Counted from the stretch's first letter, positions 39,905 to 48,985 are shown. The stretch is DNA of 64,000 nt from an uncultured delta proteobacterium (GCA_963705165.1 CAVPJD010000008.1:132388-196387); one strand, 5' to 3'. Notes: generated by a model not told the origin, from the sequence alone. Program-made: numbers and translations.

Positions 39905-39910
39905 AAATCT

Positions 39911-40030
39911 TTATCCTTGACTGATTTTCTCTTTCGTTCTCGTAAACAGAGACTTGAGCTCCGGATCTGGCTCAACAATCACTAAAAACCGTTTCCGGCC
40001 GATGTTCACAGCTCTGTAATCGAACTCTAT
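39911..40030 (-). pseudogene. Possible 3' remnant of a REP-associated tyrosine transposase (RAYT-like C-terminal HTH)
   Basis: DYRAVNIGRKRF..ELKSLF..KEKISQG* followed immediately by AGATTTGACCTC; recognised from memory, not verified. Confidence 0.3.
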
Positions 40031-40370
40031 CAGGGCATCGTGCGCATGCATCCTTGTCAAGGATGAATATTTGACCTCGTTTCTCTTCGAGGTGTCGCTG
40101 CTTTCGACTGGCAATAATCGACGCATTTGTCGTATCGATCCTGAGGATTTTCAGGTGTGGGGCGCAGCTTTGGCCCTCTCAGACTCCTTTCCGAAAGCTT
40201 GTTTACACCAAGCGCAAAAATCATGTATATTTCGAATGCAAATTCATTCGAAACACCCGGATAATATGGGCATGCATCCATAAACGACGGTCGGGGTCGC
40301 CACAGATCCACCCTTACGGTTGCAGGGCAGGATCTGAATGGCCCTGCATCTGCCTTTCAGGAATATCCTT

Positions 40371-41276
40371 ATGCTGAATTTTCTGCCGTCCTGTCTTTTG
40401 GGGGCAATCGCGGGATTGCTTTTGACCGTGAATGTGCTGGTCTGGGTGCCTCTGTTGCTGGTGTTCGCCATTCCGAAATTTCTTTTGCCCATTCCGCCGA
40501 TACGCCGGGTGATAAACAGGATTCTCCATTTGATTGCAGAAAATTGGATTGCCTGTAACAGCGGATGGATGCGCCTTACGCAAAAAACACGGTGGGACGT
40601 GCAGGGATTGGAGGGTCTGGATTATCACGGATGGTATCTGGTGGTCAGCAATCATCAAACCTGGGTGGATATCCTTGTGATGCAGCACCTGTTAAATCGC
40701 CGTATCCCCCTGCTGAAATTCTTTATCAAGAGAGAACTGATCAAGGTGCCTTTAATGGGGCTCGCCTGGTGGGCGCTGGATTATCCTTTCCTGTATCGCC
40801 ACAGCTCCGAATACCTGGAAAAGCATCCTGAGCAAAGAGGCAAGGATTACGAGGCAACGCGCCTGGCCTGCGAGAAATTTGCCTTAATTTCCACCAGTGT
40901 GATGAATTTTCTGGAGGGGACGCGCTTTACCAGGGCAAAGCATGCACGGCAGAAGAGTGAGTTCACATATCTGCTGCGCCCCAAAGCCGGAGGGCTCGCG
41001 CTGGCACTGAATGCGCTGGGCGATAAATTTCACTCCTTGCTGGATATCACCATCGTGTATCCGGACGGAATCCCGACCTTCTGGGAATTTCTCTGCGGCA
41101 AAGTCAAGCGCATCATCGTGCGCATGAAGACGATGGAAGTCCCGAAAGAATTGATGCACGGCGATTACGAAGGCGATCCGGCTTTTCGCGATGCCATGCA
41201 CAAATGGGTACAGCAGCTGTGGCTGGATAAAGATCAGCAAATGCAAACGCTTATAACAAAGGCCCAATCAAAATAA
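40371..41276 (+). CDS. YihG-like acyltransferase
   Basis: SNHQTWVDI, KFFIKREL, AWWALDYPF, NFLEGTRF, LLRPKAGG. Confidence 0.9.
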   Translation: MLNFLPSCLLGAIAGLLLTVNVLVWVPLLLVFAIPKFLLPIPPIRRVINRILHLIAENWIACNSGWMRLTQKTRWDVQGLEGLDYHGWYLVVSNHQTWVDILVMQHLLNRRIPLLKFFIKRELIKVPLMGLAWWALDYPFLYRHSSEYLEKHPEQRGKDYEATRLACEKFALISTSVMNFLEGTRFTRAKHARQKSEFTYLLRPKAGGLALALNALGDKFHSLLDITIVYPDGIPTFWEFLCGKVKRIIVRMKTMEVPKELMHGDYEGDPAFRDAMHKWVQQLWLDKDQQMQTLITKAQSK

Positions 41277-41490
41277 TGGCCGGTTCCTGACCCATCTCCC
41301 CCCTTACGCCTTTTCTCTCTTCCACTGGACACCGGTCACTTTCTTCTTCACTCAGACACTTCTTTCCCATAACACTCGACACATAACACATTTTCACTGT
41401 TTTGCCGCGCAGCGGCCCGACGGAACAGACCGAATAGACCGGATAGACGGAATAGACTAGAGAGCTGCGAAGCAGCCCGAGGCATGGACA

Positions 41491-42507
41491 TCACCTGGTC
41501 CCCAGGATCGCGTCGATTTTTTCCTTTCCGAACTGCCCGGCGGCCTGGCTGATGACCGGCTGCATGGCACGCCTCCATGCGGCCTTGTCGATCTTCCTCT
41601 CCACATTCATCCCCTTGTCGGAGAGCTCGGCAATCTGCTTTTCCTCCATGTCTCGTCCCAGCTTGCGTTGAACCTGGGCGACTTCCCGGGCCGTCTTGAG
41701 CAGCATCTCCTGATCCGGCTTGGGCATGGTCTGCCATTTTTTCAGGCTCACGATGAGGACTGCCGGGGAATAGACATGCTGGGTCAGGGACAGATATTTC
41801 TGAACTTCATAGATTTTGGCCGAATGGATCACGGCGACCGGGTTTTCCTGCCCGTCGATGGTCTTCTGCTGCAGGGCCATGTAAACTTCCCCCCACGCCA
41901 TGGGAACGGGATTTGCCCCCACCGCCTGCCAGGCCGCCATGTGCATCTTGTTCTCCATCGTGCGGATCTTCAGGCCTTTGGCATCGGCAGGGACCCTGAC
42001 CGCTCTGCGGGAATTCGTCAGGTTCCGGAAACCGTTTTCCCAAAAAGCCAGGGCCTTGAACTGGGCCTTTTCCAGATCGTCCAGAAGCTGCTGTCCGACA
42101 GGACCGTCCAATACCTTGTCCACGTGTCCGTAATCACTGAACAGGAACGGGATGTCCAGAATCCCGATGGCGGGATTGAATCCGCCGATCGGTCCCGTCG
42201 AGCCCACATAGACATCGATGGTTCCCTGCTGCACGGCTTCGAGCAGCTCCCGTTCGCCTTTGCCGAGCTGACCGTCCGGGTAAACGGTCACCTGGATGCG
42301 CCCGTTGCTTCGCTCCTTGACGAGCTCTGCAAATTTGGCTGCCCCTTGGTTGTAGGTGTGGCTCGCAGGAGTCAGGGAGGCGAGCTTCAACTGGGCTTTG
42401 AATTCCCCCTTTTCAGCCTTGTCTGAACTTCCGATGCAACCGCTCGAGCTCAGAAGGACAAAGCCGGCAAGACCCAAGATGCCGATTCGCTTGATCATGG
42501 CAGTCAC
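41491..42507 (-). CDS. dctP: TRAP transporter substrate-binding protein (DctP family)
   Basis: YPDGQLG, ENGFRNLT, KGLKIR, EVYMALQQKTIDGQENP, YEVQKYLSLTQH; possible lipobox SSGC. Confidence 0.92.
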   Translation of the reverse strand: MTAMIKRIGILGLAGFVLLSSSGCIGSSDKAEKGEFKAQLKLASLTPASHTYNQGAAKFAELVKERSNGRIQVTVYPDGQLGKGERELLEAVQQGTIDVYVGSTGPIGGFNPAIGILDIPFLFSDYGHVDKVLDGPVGQQLLDDLEKAQFKALAFWENGFRNLTNSRRAVRVPADAKGLKIRTMENKMHMAAWQAVGANPVPMAWGEVYMALQQKTIDGQENPVAVIHSAKIYEVQKYLSLTQHVYSPAVLIVSLKKWQTMPKPDQEMLLKTAREVAQVQRKLGRDMEEKQIAELSDKGMNVERKIDKAAWRRAMQPVISQAAGQFGKEKIDAILGTR

Positions 42508-42702
42508 CTCCCCAATCGATAGTTACGTGGAATGTTACAATTTTACGGCCCGATTACAATCTATTTTTCCAGGGGGTCTGCAGCCAACAGCGGAAATACA
42601 AATCCCCCTCTATCCCCCTTTATAAAAGGGGGACGCAGGGGGATTTTCCTACCCTGCTTCTGTCTTTTTACCTGAATCCCGAAGCCGGAAGCCCTCCCAG
42701 CC

Positions 42703-43620
42703 CTACTTGCCGATTGTCAGCACAATCGGGCCGGCCGTCTCCGATCCCGCCGAAACGGACTGCTGCATGACGCGGTTCTTCAAATTGATCTGCCGCGGTG
42801 AAGGACCGTATTTCACGTCCACTTTGAGCCGCGCCGCAGTCAGCGTGTCAACGGCCTCCTTCTCGGTCTTTCCGATCAGGTTCGGCATGATGATCGTGCC
42901 GGGCTTCACATACTTGTAGGCCGCCAGCTTGATATCCGACCCCGCAGAGAGAACCGAGCCCGCAGCAGGCGACTGCTCGTAGACTTTCTGGTCGTCCTGC
43001 GCGACACTTGTCGTCTTGCCCGGGACAACGGTTCCCTTCAGGGCCAGCTTCTTCACATCATTGAGCTGCTGTATGGTCTGCAGGGCCCCTCCGGCGTTCT
43101 TGCCGATGAAGTTGGGCATGGGATAGCCGGGCTTTCCGACCCTGAGCAGAACCGTTCCGCCCTTCGCGAGATTGCGGTACGGCTCGGGTTGGGAAGCCTT
43201 CACCTTGCCGACCATGTTCGTTATCTCTTCGGAGTAGTATTCGACTTTCGGAACGTAGCCGGCTTTTTTCACGGCATCGATCGCCGCCGCCTCCGTCATG
43301 AGAAGGGTCATGGGAACGATGTTGCCTTTCGTGGCGATCATCACTTTGATCCGAATCGGCTTGTCTTCGATCAGAAAGAGGCTGCCGGACGGCTCCGTTC
43401 CCTGGCATTTTCCGACCTGGGTGTACATAGGAGCCTCGACTTCGACCCAGATGATTTCGCCGATGCGCTTATTGGCCCTCAGAATCTTCTCGCATTCGCC
43501 TTTCGGCGTATTCTGAACGTTCGGAATCTGAACGAGGTACATCGTGGCGCCGGCGCCGCTGGCAAACAGGCCCGCCAGCAAAGCAATGACGAACAGAAAT
43601 GAAACAGTGCGCTTGAACAT
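42703..43620 (-). CDS. Exported PASTA-repeat protein
   Basis: Signal peptide; repeats beginning IPNV/MPNFIGK/MPNLIGK with Q.P..G; AGGAGG RBS. Confidence 0.75.
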   Translation of the reverse strand: MFKRTVSFLFVIALLAGLFASGAGATMYLVQIPNVQNTPKGECEKILRANKRIGEIIWVEVEAPMYTQVGKCQGTEPSGSLFLIEDKPIRIKVMIATKGNIVPMTLLMTEAAAIDAVKKAGYVPKVEYYSEEITNMVGKVKASQPEPYRNLAKGGTVLLRVGKPGYPMPNFIGKNAGGALQTIQQLNDVKKLALKGTVVPGKTTSVAQDDQKVYEQSPAAGSVLSAGSDIKLAAYKYVKPGTIIMPNLIGKTEKEAVDTLTAARLKVDVKYGPSPRQINLKNRVMQQSVSAGSETAGPIVLTIGK

Positions 43621-43901
43621 GAATCTCCTCCTTGCGCTTACGAGCGGATGCTTGCTTCCGTCCGGAATCATGAATCGCCCAGGGCGTTTCGTGCATCCTG
43701 CACACCCGACCGAGGGGTATACAGGACATTGCAAGAATCGGGCGCAAACCGCCCCGCGTAGAGTAGCAAAATCGAGCCCGGACAGCACCCCATCCCTCTC
43801 CAAATTTATATTGACGTGCTGCGGGTGGGACGGTTTAAGATAGCTTACATCGGAAAGCGGATCCCCCGCAGCGATATCCCTTGGGGGGCTTCAAAGGAGA
43901 G

Positions 43902-44693
43902 ATGAGCATGAAGCGTTGTATGGTTCCGGCATTGCTCCTGGCGGTTGTCCTCGTGGTGGCGTTCACAAGCGGCTGTACCACGCCCCCGAGAAAAGCCTCC
44001 AGGGAGGAATTCGCCCCGCGAGGTGATGCAGAGCTCCAGTCCCGCGTCGACCAGCTGGAGAAGAACTACACGCAAACGACTCGGGACATCCGGACCGGCC
44101 AGGCCAATCTCGGTGCCGATCTCGGGGCCGTCCGCGACGAGCTTCGGACGCTGCGGGGCCAGATGGAAAGGATGGACAAGGGCCAGAATCTGAAAAAACA
44201 GCTCGATGACCTTGCCCTCCGGGTCGGAAATATTGAAAATTCTCTGAAGAAGGGCAAAGGGGAAACGGACTCGCAGCGATCTGAAGCGACGGACGCGGTG
44301 CCGTCGGCGGAGGCGAAAACAGACCCGAAGGCCGCCTACAATGCCTGCTACAAACTCTTCAAGGAGGGCCAGAACGCGAAGGCCAGGGAGGAGTTCCAGA
44401 AATTTCTGAAACAGCATCCGAAGACGCCCTATTCGGGCAGTGCCCAGTTCTGGATTGCAGAAACCTGGTACGTCGATGATAAATACGAGAAAGCCATCGT
44501 CGAATACGAGAAGGTGATCAAGGGGTTTCCCACGAGCGAAAAGGTGCCTCATGCCCTGTTGAAGCAGGGCATGTCGTTTCAGAAACTCGATGACGACGGA
44601 AGCGCCAGGATCGTCTACCAGCAGATCATGAAAAAATACCCCCAGACCCAGCAGGCAAAGGTCGCACGGGCGAGATTATCAGAACTGAAGTAA
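43902..44693 (+). CDS. cpoB: Tol-Pal system protein CpoB/YbgF
   Basis: Lipobox TSGC, coiled coil, TPR AQFWIAE..KVPHALLKQG..YP.T. Confidence 0.85.
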   Translation: MSMKRCMVPALLLAVVLVVAFTSGCTTPPRKASREEFAPRGDAELQSRVDQLEKNYTQTTRDIRTGQANLGADLGAVRDELRTLRGQMERMDKGQNLKKQLDDLALRVGNIENSLKKGKGETDSQRSEATDAVPSAEAKTDPKAAYNACYKLFKEGQNAKAREEFQKFLKQHPKTPYSGSAQFWIAETWYVDDKYEKAIVEYEKVIKGFPTSEKVPHALLKQGMSFQKLDDDGSARIVYQQIMKKYPQTQQAKVARARLSELK

Positions 44694-44697
44694 TGTG

Positions 44698-45369
44698 TTA
44701 GAAGCCCAGCCAGCGGGTATTCTTGTCGAGGGATTCACGACCGTTCACCAGGGCATTCGCGGGAAAGTCCCAGTCCGGATACCCGATGGCAATGGCAATG
44801 ATGATCTTCTTGTTATCCGGTATTTGGGCGATCTCCCGTACCGCTTCGGGATACAGCACCCCCTGGTCTTCAATGCAGGTGCCGAGACCATAGTGGAGCG
44901 CCGCCAGGCAAATATTCTGCATGGCCGCCCCGAGATCGAGCAGAGGACCGCAATCGCTCAGGGATTTATCCGTCAGAATAAGGATCGCGACCGGAGCGTC
45001 GAAGAAACGGAAGCCCCGCTCCAGCCACGCTGCCCTTTTCTTCTTGTCGTCCCTGGAAATGTCCATGAGCGCAAAGAGTTTTTTGGCCAGTTCGATTTGT
45101 CGATTCCGATATATGCTGTCGTTCGACCAGCTGACCGCTTCGTGCTCGGGATGCGCCTGCTCTTTCCTGTTTAATTTCTCAACGATTGCAGCCCGCAGCC
45201 TGTTCAGAACATCACCCGTCAAGACAATAAATTCCCATGGTTGCGTATTCATGGCCGATGGGGCCCTGCAGGCCGATTCCACAATTTTGGTCAACATGAC
45301 CTTTGAAACAGGGTCGGATTTGAATCCTCTGATGCTTTTTCTTTGATTTATCGCATCAATAACGTCCAT
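44698..45369 (-). CDS. Nitroreductase family protein
   Basis: RKSIRGF, APSAMNTQPW, FFDAP, DLGAAMQNICLAA..GLGTC, IAIGYP. Confidence 0.92.
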   Translation of the reverse strand: MDVIDAINQRKSIRGFKSDPVSKVMLTKIVESACRAPSAMNTQPWEFIVLTGDVLNRLRAAIVEKLNRKEQAHPEHEAVSWSNDSIYRNRQIELAKKLFALMDISRDDKKKRAAWLERGFRFFDAPVAILILTDKSLSDCGPLLDLGAAMQNICLAALHYGLGTCIEDQGVLYPEAVREIAQIPDNKKIIIAIAIGYPDWDFPANALVNGRESLDKNTRWLGF

Positions 45370-45559
45370 ACCGTTCCTCCTTGAGCTATGCGGCTTGTGG
45401 CTTTCTTCCCGGATTCCGACTCCCGAAGCCCGACTCCGGAAGCCCTTCTTTCTGTCTGCTGTCCTCTCTTCTTTCCCGACTCCGGAATCCCTTTTTTTGT
45501 CTTCTTCCCATCCCCCAGTCATCCAATCAACGAATCAACCAGTTACTGCAGCGAAGCTG

Positions 45560-46135
45560 CTAGTCACTGCCGCACGGCGGCCGGTTGTGGTATGCCTGCT
45601 GCGCAAGCGATCGCTTGGTCTTCATATAGTCCGACATGTACTTTCTTGCCCGGGGGATCTTCGAGAGGATGGCGTCGCCCAGCACCTCCAGGGCCAGATC
45701 CGCCTCGGCGCGGATCGGGTGCAGGCGGGTGTCAAACATCTGCTCGCGAATCTCCAGCTGCACCACCCGCACCGGTACGACGCGCTCTGCGCCCCAGACG
45801 AACAGGCAGAAGGAGGATGACGCCCCGGGGCGCTTCGGGCGGTCCTGCCCGTCGCCCGGATACAGAAGAAGCTCCAGTGCCGCGAGAGCCGGCAAAAGCC
45901 CGCTCGCGACAACGGCAGGTTCCCGATCCGGCATTTCAAGAGCCGTCGTCGCATCCAGGGTGAGCGTGAACCGGATGATCTCGTTCGGCGCCTTGCCCTG
46001 GCCTGCGGGCTCGAGGGTTCTCCGCAGGCTCTCGGGATTGTACTGAAAAGCGACCGTCCGGCCCTGTTGCGGCAGGCCGCGGCCGAACTGGACAAGCGCT
46101 CCCTTGAAGATTTGCGGTCTTTTCGGGTTCTCCAT
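45560..46135 (-). CDS. eCIS tube-initiator-like protein (CIS_tube/Afp7 N-domain type)
   Basis: FQYNPESLRRTL..LDAT..LAALELLLYP..LFVWG..VVPVR..E..FD..L.PIRA motifs. Confidence 0.75.
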   Translation of the reverse strand: MENPKRPQIFKGALVQFGRGLPQQGRTVAFQYNPESLRRTLEPAGQGKAPNEIIRFTLTLDATTALEMPDREPAVVASGLLPALAALELLLYPGDGQDRPKRPGASSSFCLFVWGAERVVPVRVVQLEIREQMFDTRLHPIRAEADLALEVLGDAILSKIPRARKYMSDYMKTKRSLAQQAYHNRPPCGSD

Positions 46136-46148
46136 GGACTGCCCCGTC

Positions 46149-46673
46149 TTATGCAGGCTCGGTGAAGGTGGGTTCCGCAGGCTCCGCTACCGCGTAATCC
46201 CGTTCCCATCCCTCGTTGACCAGGGTAATTTTCTGGATGGCCACGCCGGGATGGTTCGCATCCAGTTCGGGCAGGGCTTCATACTCCGAAACCCAGCAGC
46301 GGTAGATCTTGTAGGCGATGGCCAGCTGCCCGGCCTCGTTGTAGAATTCGAGGACGACGTCCTTGCGGAAATCGCGGAGCGAGACTTCCGCGCCCAGGCC
46401 CGAGCCGTAATTCCACACCTTGTTGGCCCATTGCTCGAACTCCCTGTCGTGGGTTACGCCTCTCTCCAGCGTGATCGGCTCGTACTCGGACAGGCCCGGA
46501 GATTTGCGGGTGCTGCTCGGGTCCCCGCCCTCGCGATGCTGGAGCACCTGCGTCCTTCGGATCAGTGCGCTGACCCTGCTCACCCCCGCCACGTATCGTC
46601 CATCCCATTTGACCCTGAACTTGAAGTTCTTGTAGGGATCGAAACGTCCCGGATTGACGACGAACTGTGCCAT
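46149..46673 (-). CDS. Phage T4-gp19-like tail tube protein (eCIS Afp1/Afp5 type)
   Basis: RFDPYKNFKFRVKWDG, HREGGDP..RKSPG, ITLERGVT, RCWVSEY..LPELDAN, NEGWERD; GAGGAG RBS. Confidence 0.9.
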   Translation of the reverse strand: MAQFVVNPGRFDPYKNFKFRVKWDGRYVAGVSRVSALIRRTQVLQHREGGDPSSTRKSPGLSEYEPITLERGVTHDREFEQWANKVWNYGSGLGAEVSLRDFRKDVVLEFYNEAGQLAIAYKIYRCWVSEYEALPELDANHPGVAIQKITLVNEGWERDYAVAEPAEPTFTEPA

Positions 46674-46743
46674 AAAGGTCTCCTCCTCTCTTTGCCTTTT
46701 GCGGATAGCGGAACATCATGAATTCGGCGGGACCGACAGCCGG

Positions 46744-46787
46744 AAAACATAAAAACACCCCGCTCCAGGCCGGGTAACGGGGTGTCG
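46744..46787 (-). terminator. Intrinsic terminator in the 5' leader of the tube gene
   Basis: Minus strand GACACCCCGTT-loop-AGCGGGGTGTT followed by TTTATGTTTT, about 70 nt before the ATG. Confidence 0.65.
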
Positions 46788-47316
46788 GTCATCCATCCAT
46801 CGAATCCCCCAATGGCGTCAGAGGGTCACGGTATCCTTGTCTACTCCACCTGTTCCATTCTCTTAGCATTTATAATCTTCAAGCCTTTTGAATATCAAGA
46901 GATATCTTGACGGCCCGCTGACCGCCCCTTTATTGTTCTCCCTTTTTTCTTCACTCGTCACCGCGCGCTGATCGCTGCAGCGAAGCAGCCATATGTCAAT
47001 ATGCAACTCCGACCCCGTCTTTTATTTCATGATAAGTCTTGGCTCTTCAGAAATCCTGTCATACCGGTTCGCCGGCTCAATGCCGCTCGTCGGAAAACGT
47101 GCGGTAATATGCCGCGATGTCCCGCTCTTTGAGGCTTTCCAGAGTGGCATGGGGGGCAGGTCTTGGCTTATAAGTATTCGTCTTATTTTTGCATGAGCAA
47201 GACAGCAATGTGTGTCATGGCTTACTTGGCCCTGCAATGATCTGATAGGTCCAGACCTGACCCCATCTCTCTTCAGACCTGATCTTGCCCACCCTGCAGC
47301 CAACCCGGATGCGGCC

Positions 47317-48801
47317 TCAACGCCCTGCATACTCCTTCAGCTTTTCCAGTATCCTCACCACCCCGTAGGTGTCGAGCCGGCAGTAGCTGAGAAGGTTCGA
47401 CCGGATGCGCGAGATTTCTTCCGGATCCTGGGACTCGGCTATCCTGAACCAGGCCTCCGAGGCCATCCCGCCATCCTGGATCTCCTCGTTCTCGTAGCTC
47501 AGCTCAGGTACCATGGTCGGCAGAACGACCTTGATGGAGTATGAGCCCTGCAGGGGCCAGAGGTAGACATCCCGGCTCCGGAAAAGCGGCATTGGGTCAC
47601 TGAATCGCTCGATCATGGCGCCCAACTTCTTCATGTAGCGGGGGTGCCAAGCTGCCAGATCCTTTAATCTCGCAATTTCGAAAGGCGCATTGTACGCGAG
47701 GATGGTCCCAGTCTCCGGTATCAGTTCGATGAGCCTTTCAACGATAGGTTCCCTCGGGTCTTCCCCGGGCATGGCAAGATACTCAAAATGTTCCAGCTGT
47801 TGACCGGGTCCGGCAATGCGGTGGAGTGAAAACTGAAAAGGGAGCTGCTGATAGGGCTTTATCCCGTCATACAGGGGTACCGGGGGATAGACGGTTTCAA
47901 AATCCAGGATGCTCAGGGGATATTCAAGCCCGGCCAGGAATTCCTTTACTCGGTCAACCTGGACGCTGTCTGCGCGCGTGAGATACGCCTCCACCTGCAT
48001 CCGCTGTTTGCTATTCAGCTCATCAAGGGGAATATCTTCCAGGCGGACGATGCCCCGGCTGTACAGAGCAAAGGCGTCTACCCCGCGTTCCCGAAGGTCA
48101 AATACAGACGGCTTCGGGACGTGCGCCCAGCAGGACCCCGTGAAGTCGCAGTCGTAGGGATCTTTGCAGTGCCTGCCGATATCGATGCCGGGCACATCGC
48201 CCGCGAGCATGCGACGCATTTTCTGCAGCTCTTCGGGGATGCTGTCCTGCCGCTTCACGACGTCCTCGGTGATGTCTTCAATCGAAAAGAGGCCTTGCAC
48301 GTCGAGCGGACCCTGCCTGACGTATTGGTTGTTGATGTAAACGGCAAAGGCCTTGCGGACATTCAGGCCGGCGCCGGTGAGGACGTAATACTGTATGGCC
48401 ACATCGCTGTAATAGACATCTTTCATCCCCGTGGCGCTTTTCACCTCGTAGAGCTCCCAGCCGTCCGGAACGCGTCGTAGAATGTCCGCCTTGACGAAGA
48501 TGCCGTCGTGGCTGAAAGTAGCTTCGTAGATCACGGGCTGCTTCTCAGTAACCGCCGAGGCGGTCCTGCTGACCTGCTCCCCATGCGACAATCCCTCATA
48601 GGGGATCTCGACACCTCCCGGGAAAAGACCCTGGGCCAGTTTTCCCACCTCATGACCCATCCGGAAGCGCGCCTCTGTACCCGCGGAGATCTCGTCCTTC
48701 ACCTCCGGCTGATACTTCTGAAGGTAGAGTGACTTATGACACTGCAGGCCCCGGATAAACAGGGATTTGCTCAGGTATGTATTTCGGTCTTCATAGCTCA
48801 T
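47317..48801 (-). CDS. DUF2779 domain protein (PD-(D/E)xK-like nuclease plus RNase H-like domain)
   Basis: LSKSLFIRGLQC.K, KADIL..YEVKSAT, C..PYDCDF..C, LDFET..PYQQLPFQFSLH, GSYSIKVVLP, YCRLDT. Confidence 0.9.
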   Translation of the reverse strand: MSYEDRNTYLSKSLFIRGLQCHKSLYLQKYQPEVKDEISAGTEARFRMGHEVGKLAQGLFPGGVEIPYEGLSHGEQVSRTASAVTEKQPVIYEATFSHDGIFVKADILRRVPDGWELYEVKSATGMKDVYYSDVAIQYYVLTGAGLNVRKAFAVYINNQYVRQGPLDVQGLFSIEDITEDVVKRQDSIPEELQKMRRMLAGDVPGIDIGRHCKDPYDCDFTGSCWAHVPKPSVFDLRERGVDAFALYSRGIVRLEDIPLDELNSKQRMQVEAYLTRADSVQVDRVKEFLAGLEYPLSILDFETVYPPVPLYDGIKPYQQLPFQFSLHRIAGPGQQLEHFEYLAMPGEDPREPIVERLIELIPETGTILAYNAPFEIARLKDLAAWHPRYMKKLGAMIERFSDPMPLFRSRDVYLWPLQGSYSIKVVLPTMVPELSYENEEIQDGGMASEAWFRIAESQDPEEISRIRSNLLSYCRLDTYGVVRILEKLKEYAGR

Positions 48802-48985
48802 ATGCTGTCCAAATGCCGCTCACGTGGTCAGGTCTCGTATTACGATCTCGCCTTATCTTTGCGTGTATCATGTTTCATTTAGCCCTGTAATTCACTGACA
48901 GGTCAAGACTTGACCCCCTTTCTCACCTGACCCCCTTTCTCCACCTTTCTCATGATAAGGCAAGACCCCAGCTCCATTCAGTCTG

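Noticed and set aside
45560..46673. Prophage or T6SS locus
   Set aside because: No capsid, terminase, integrase or tss genes; the motifs match the eCIS-type tube rather than Hcp.
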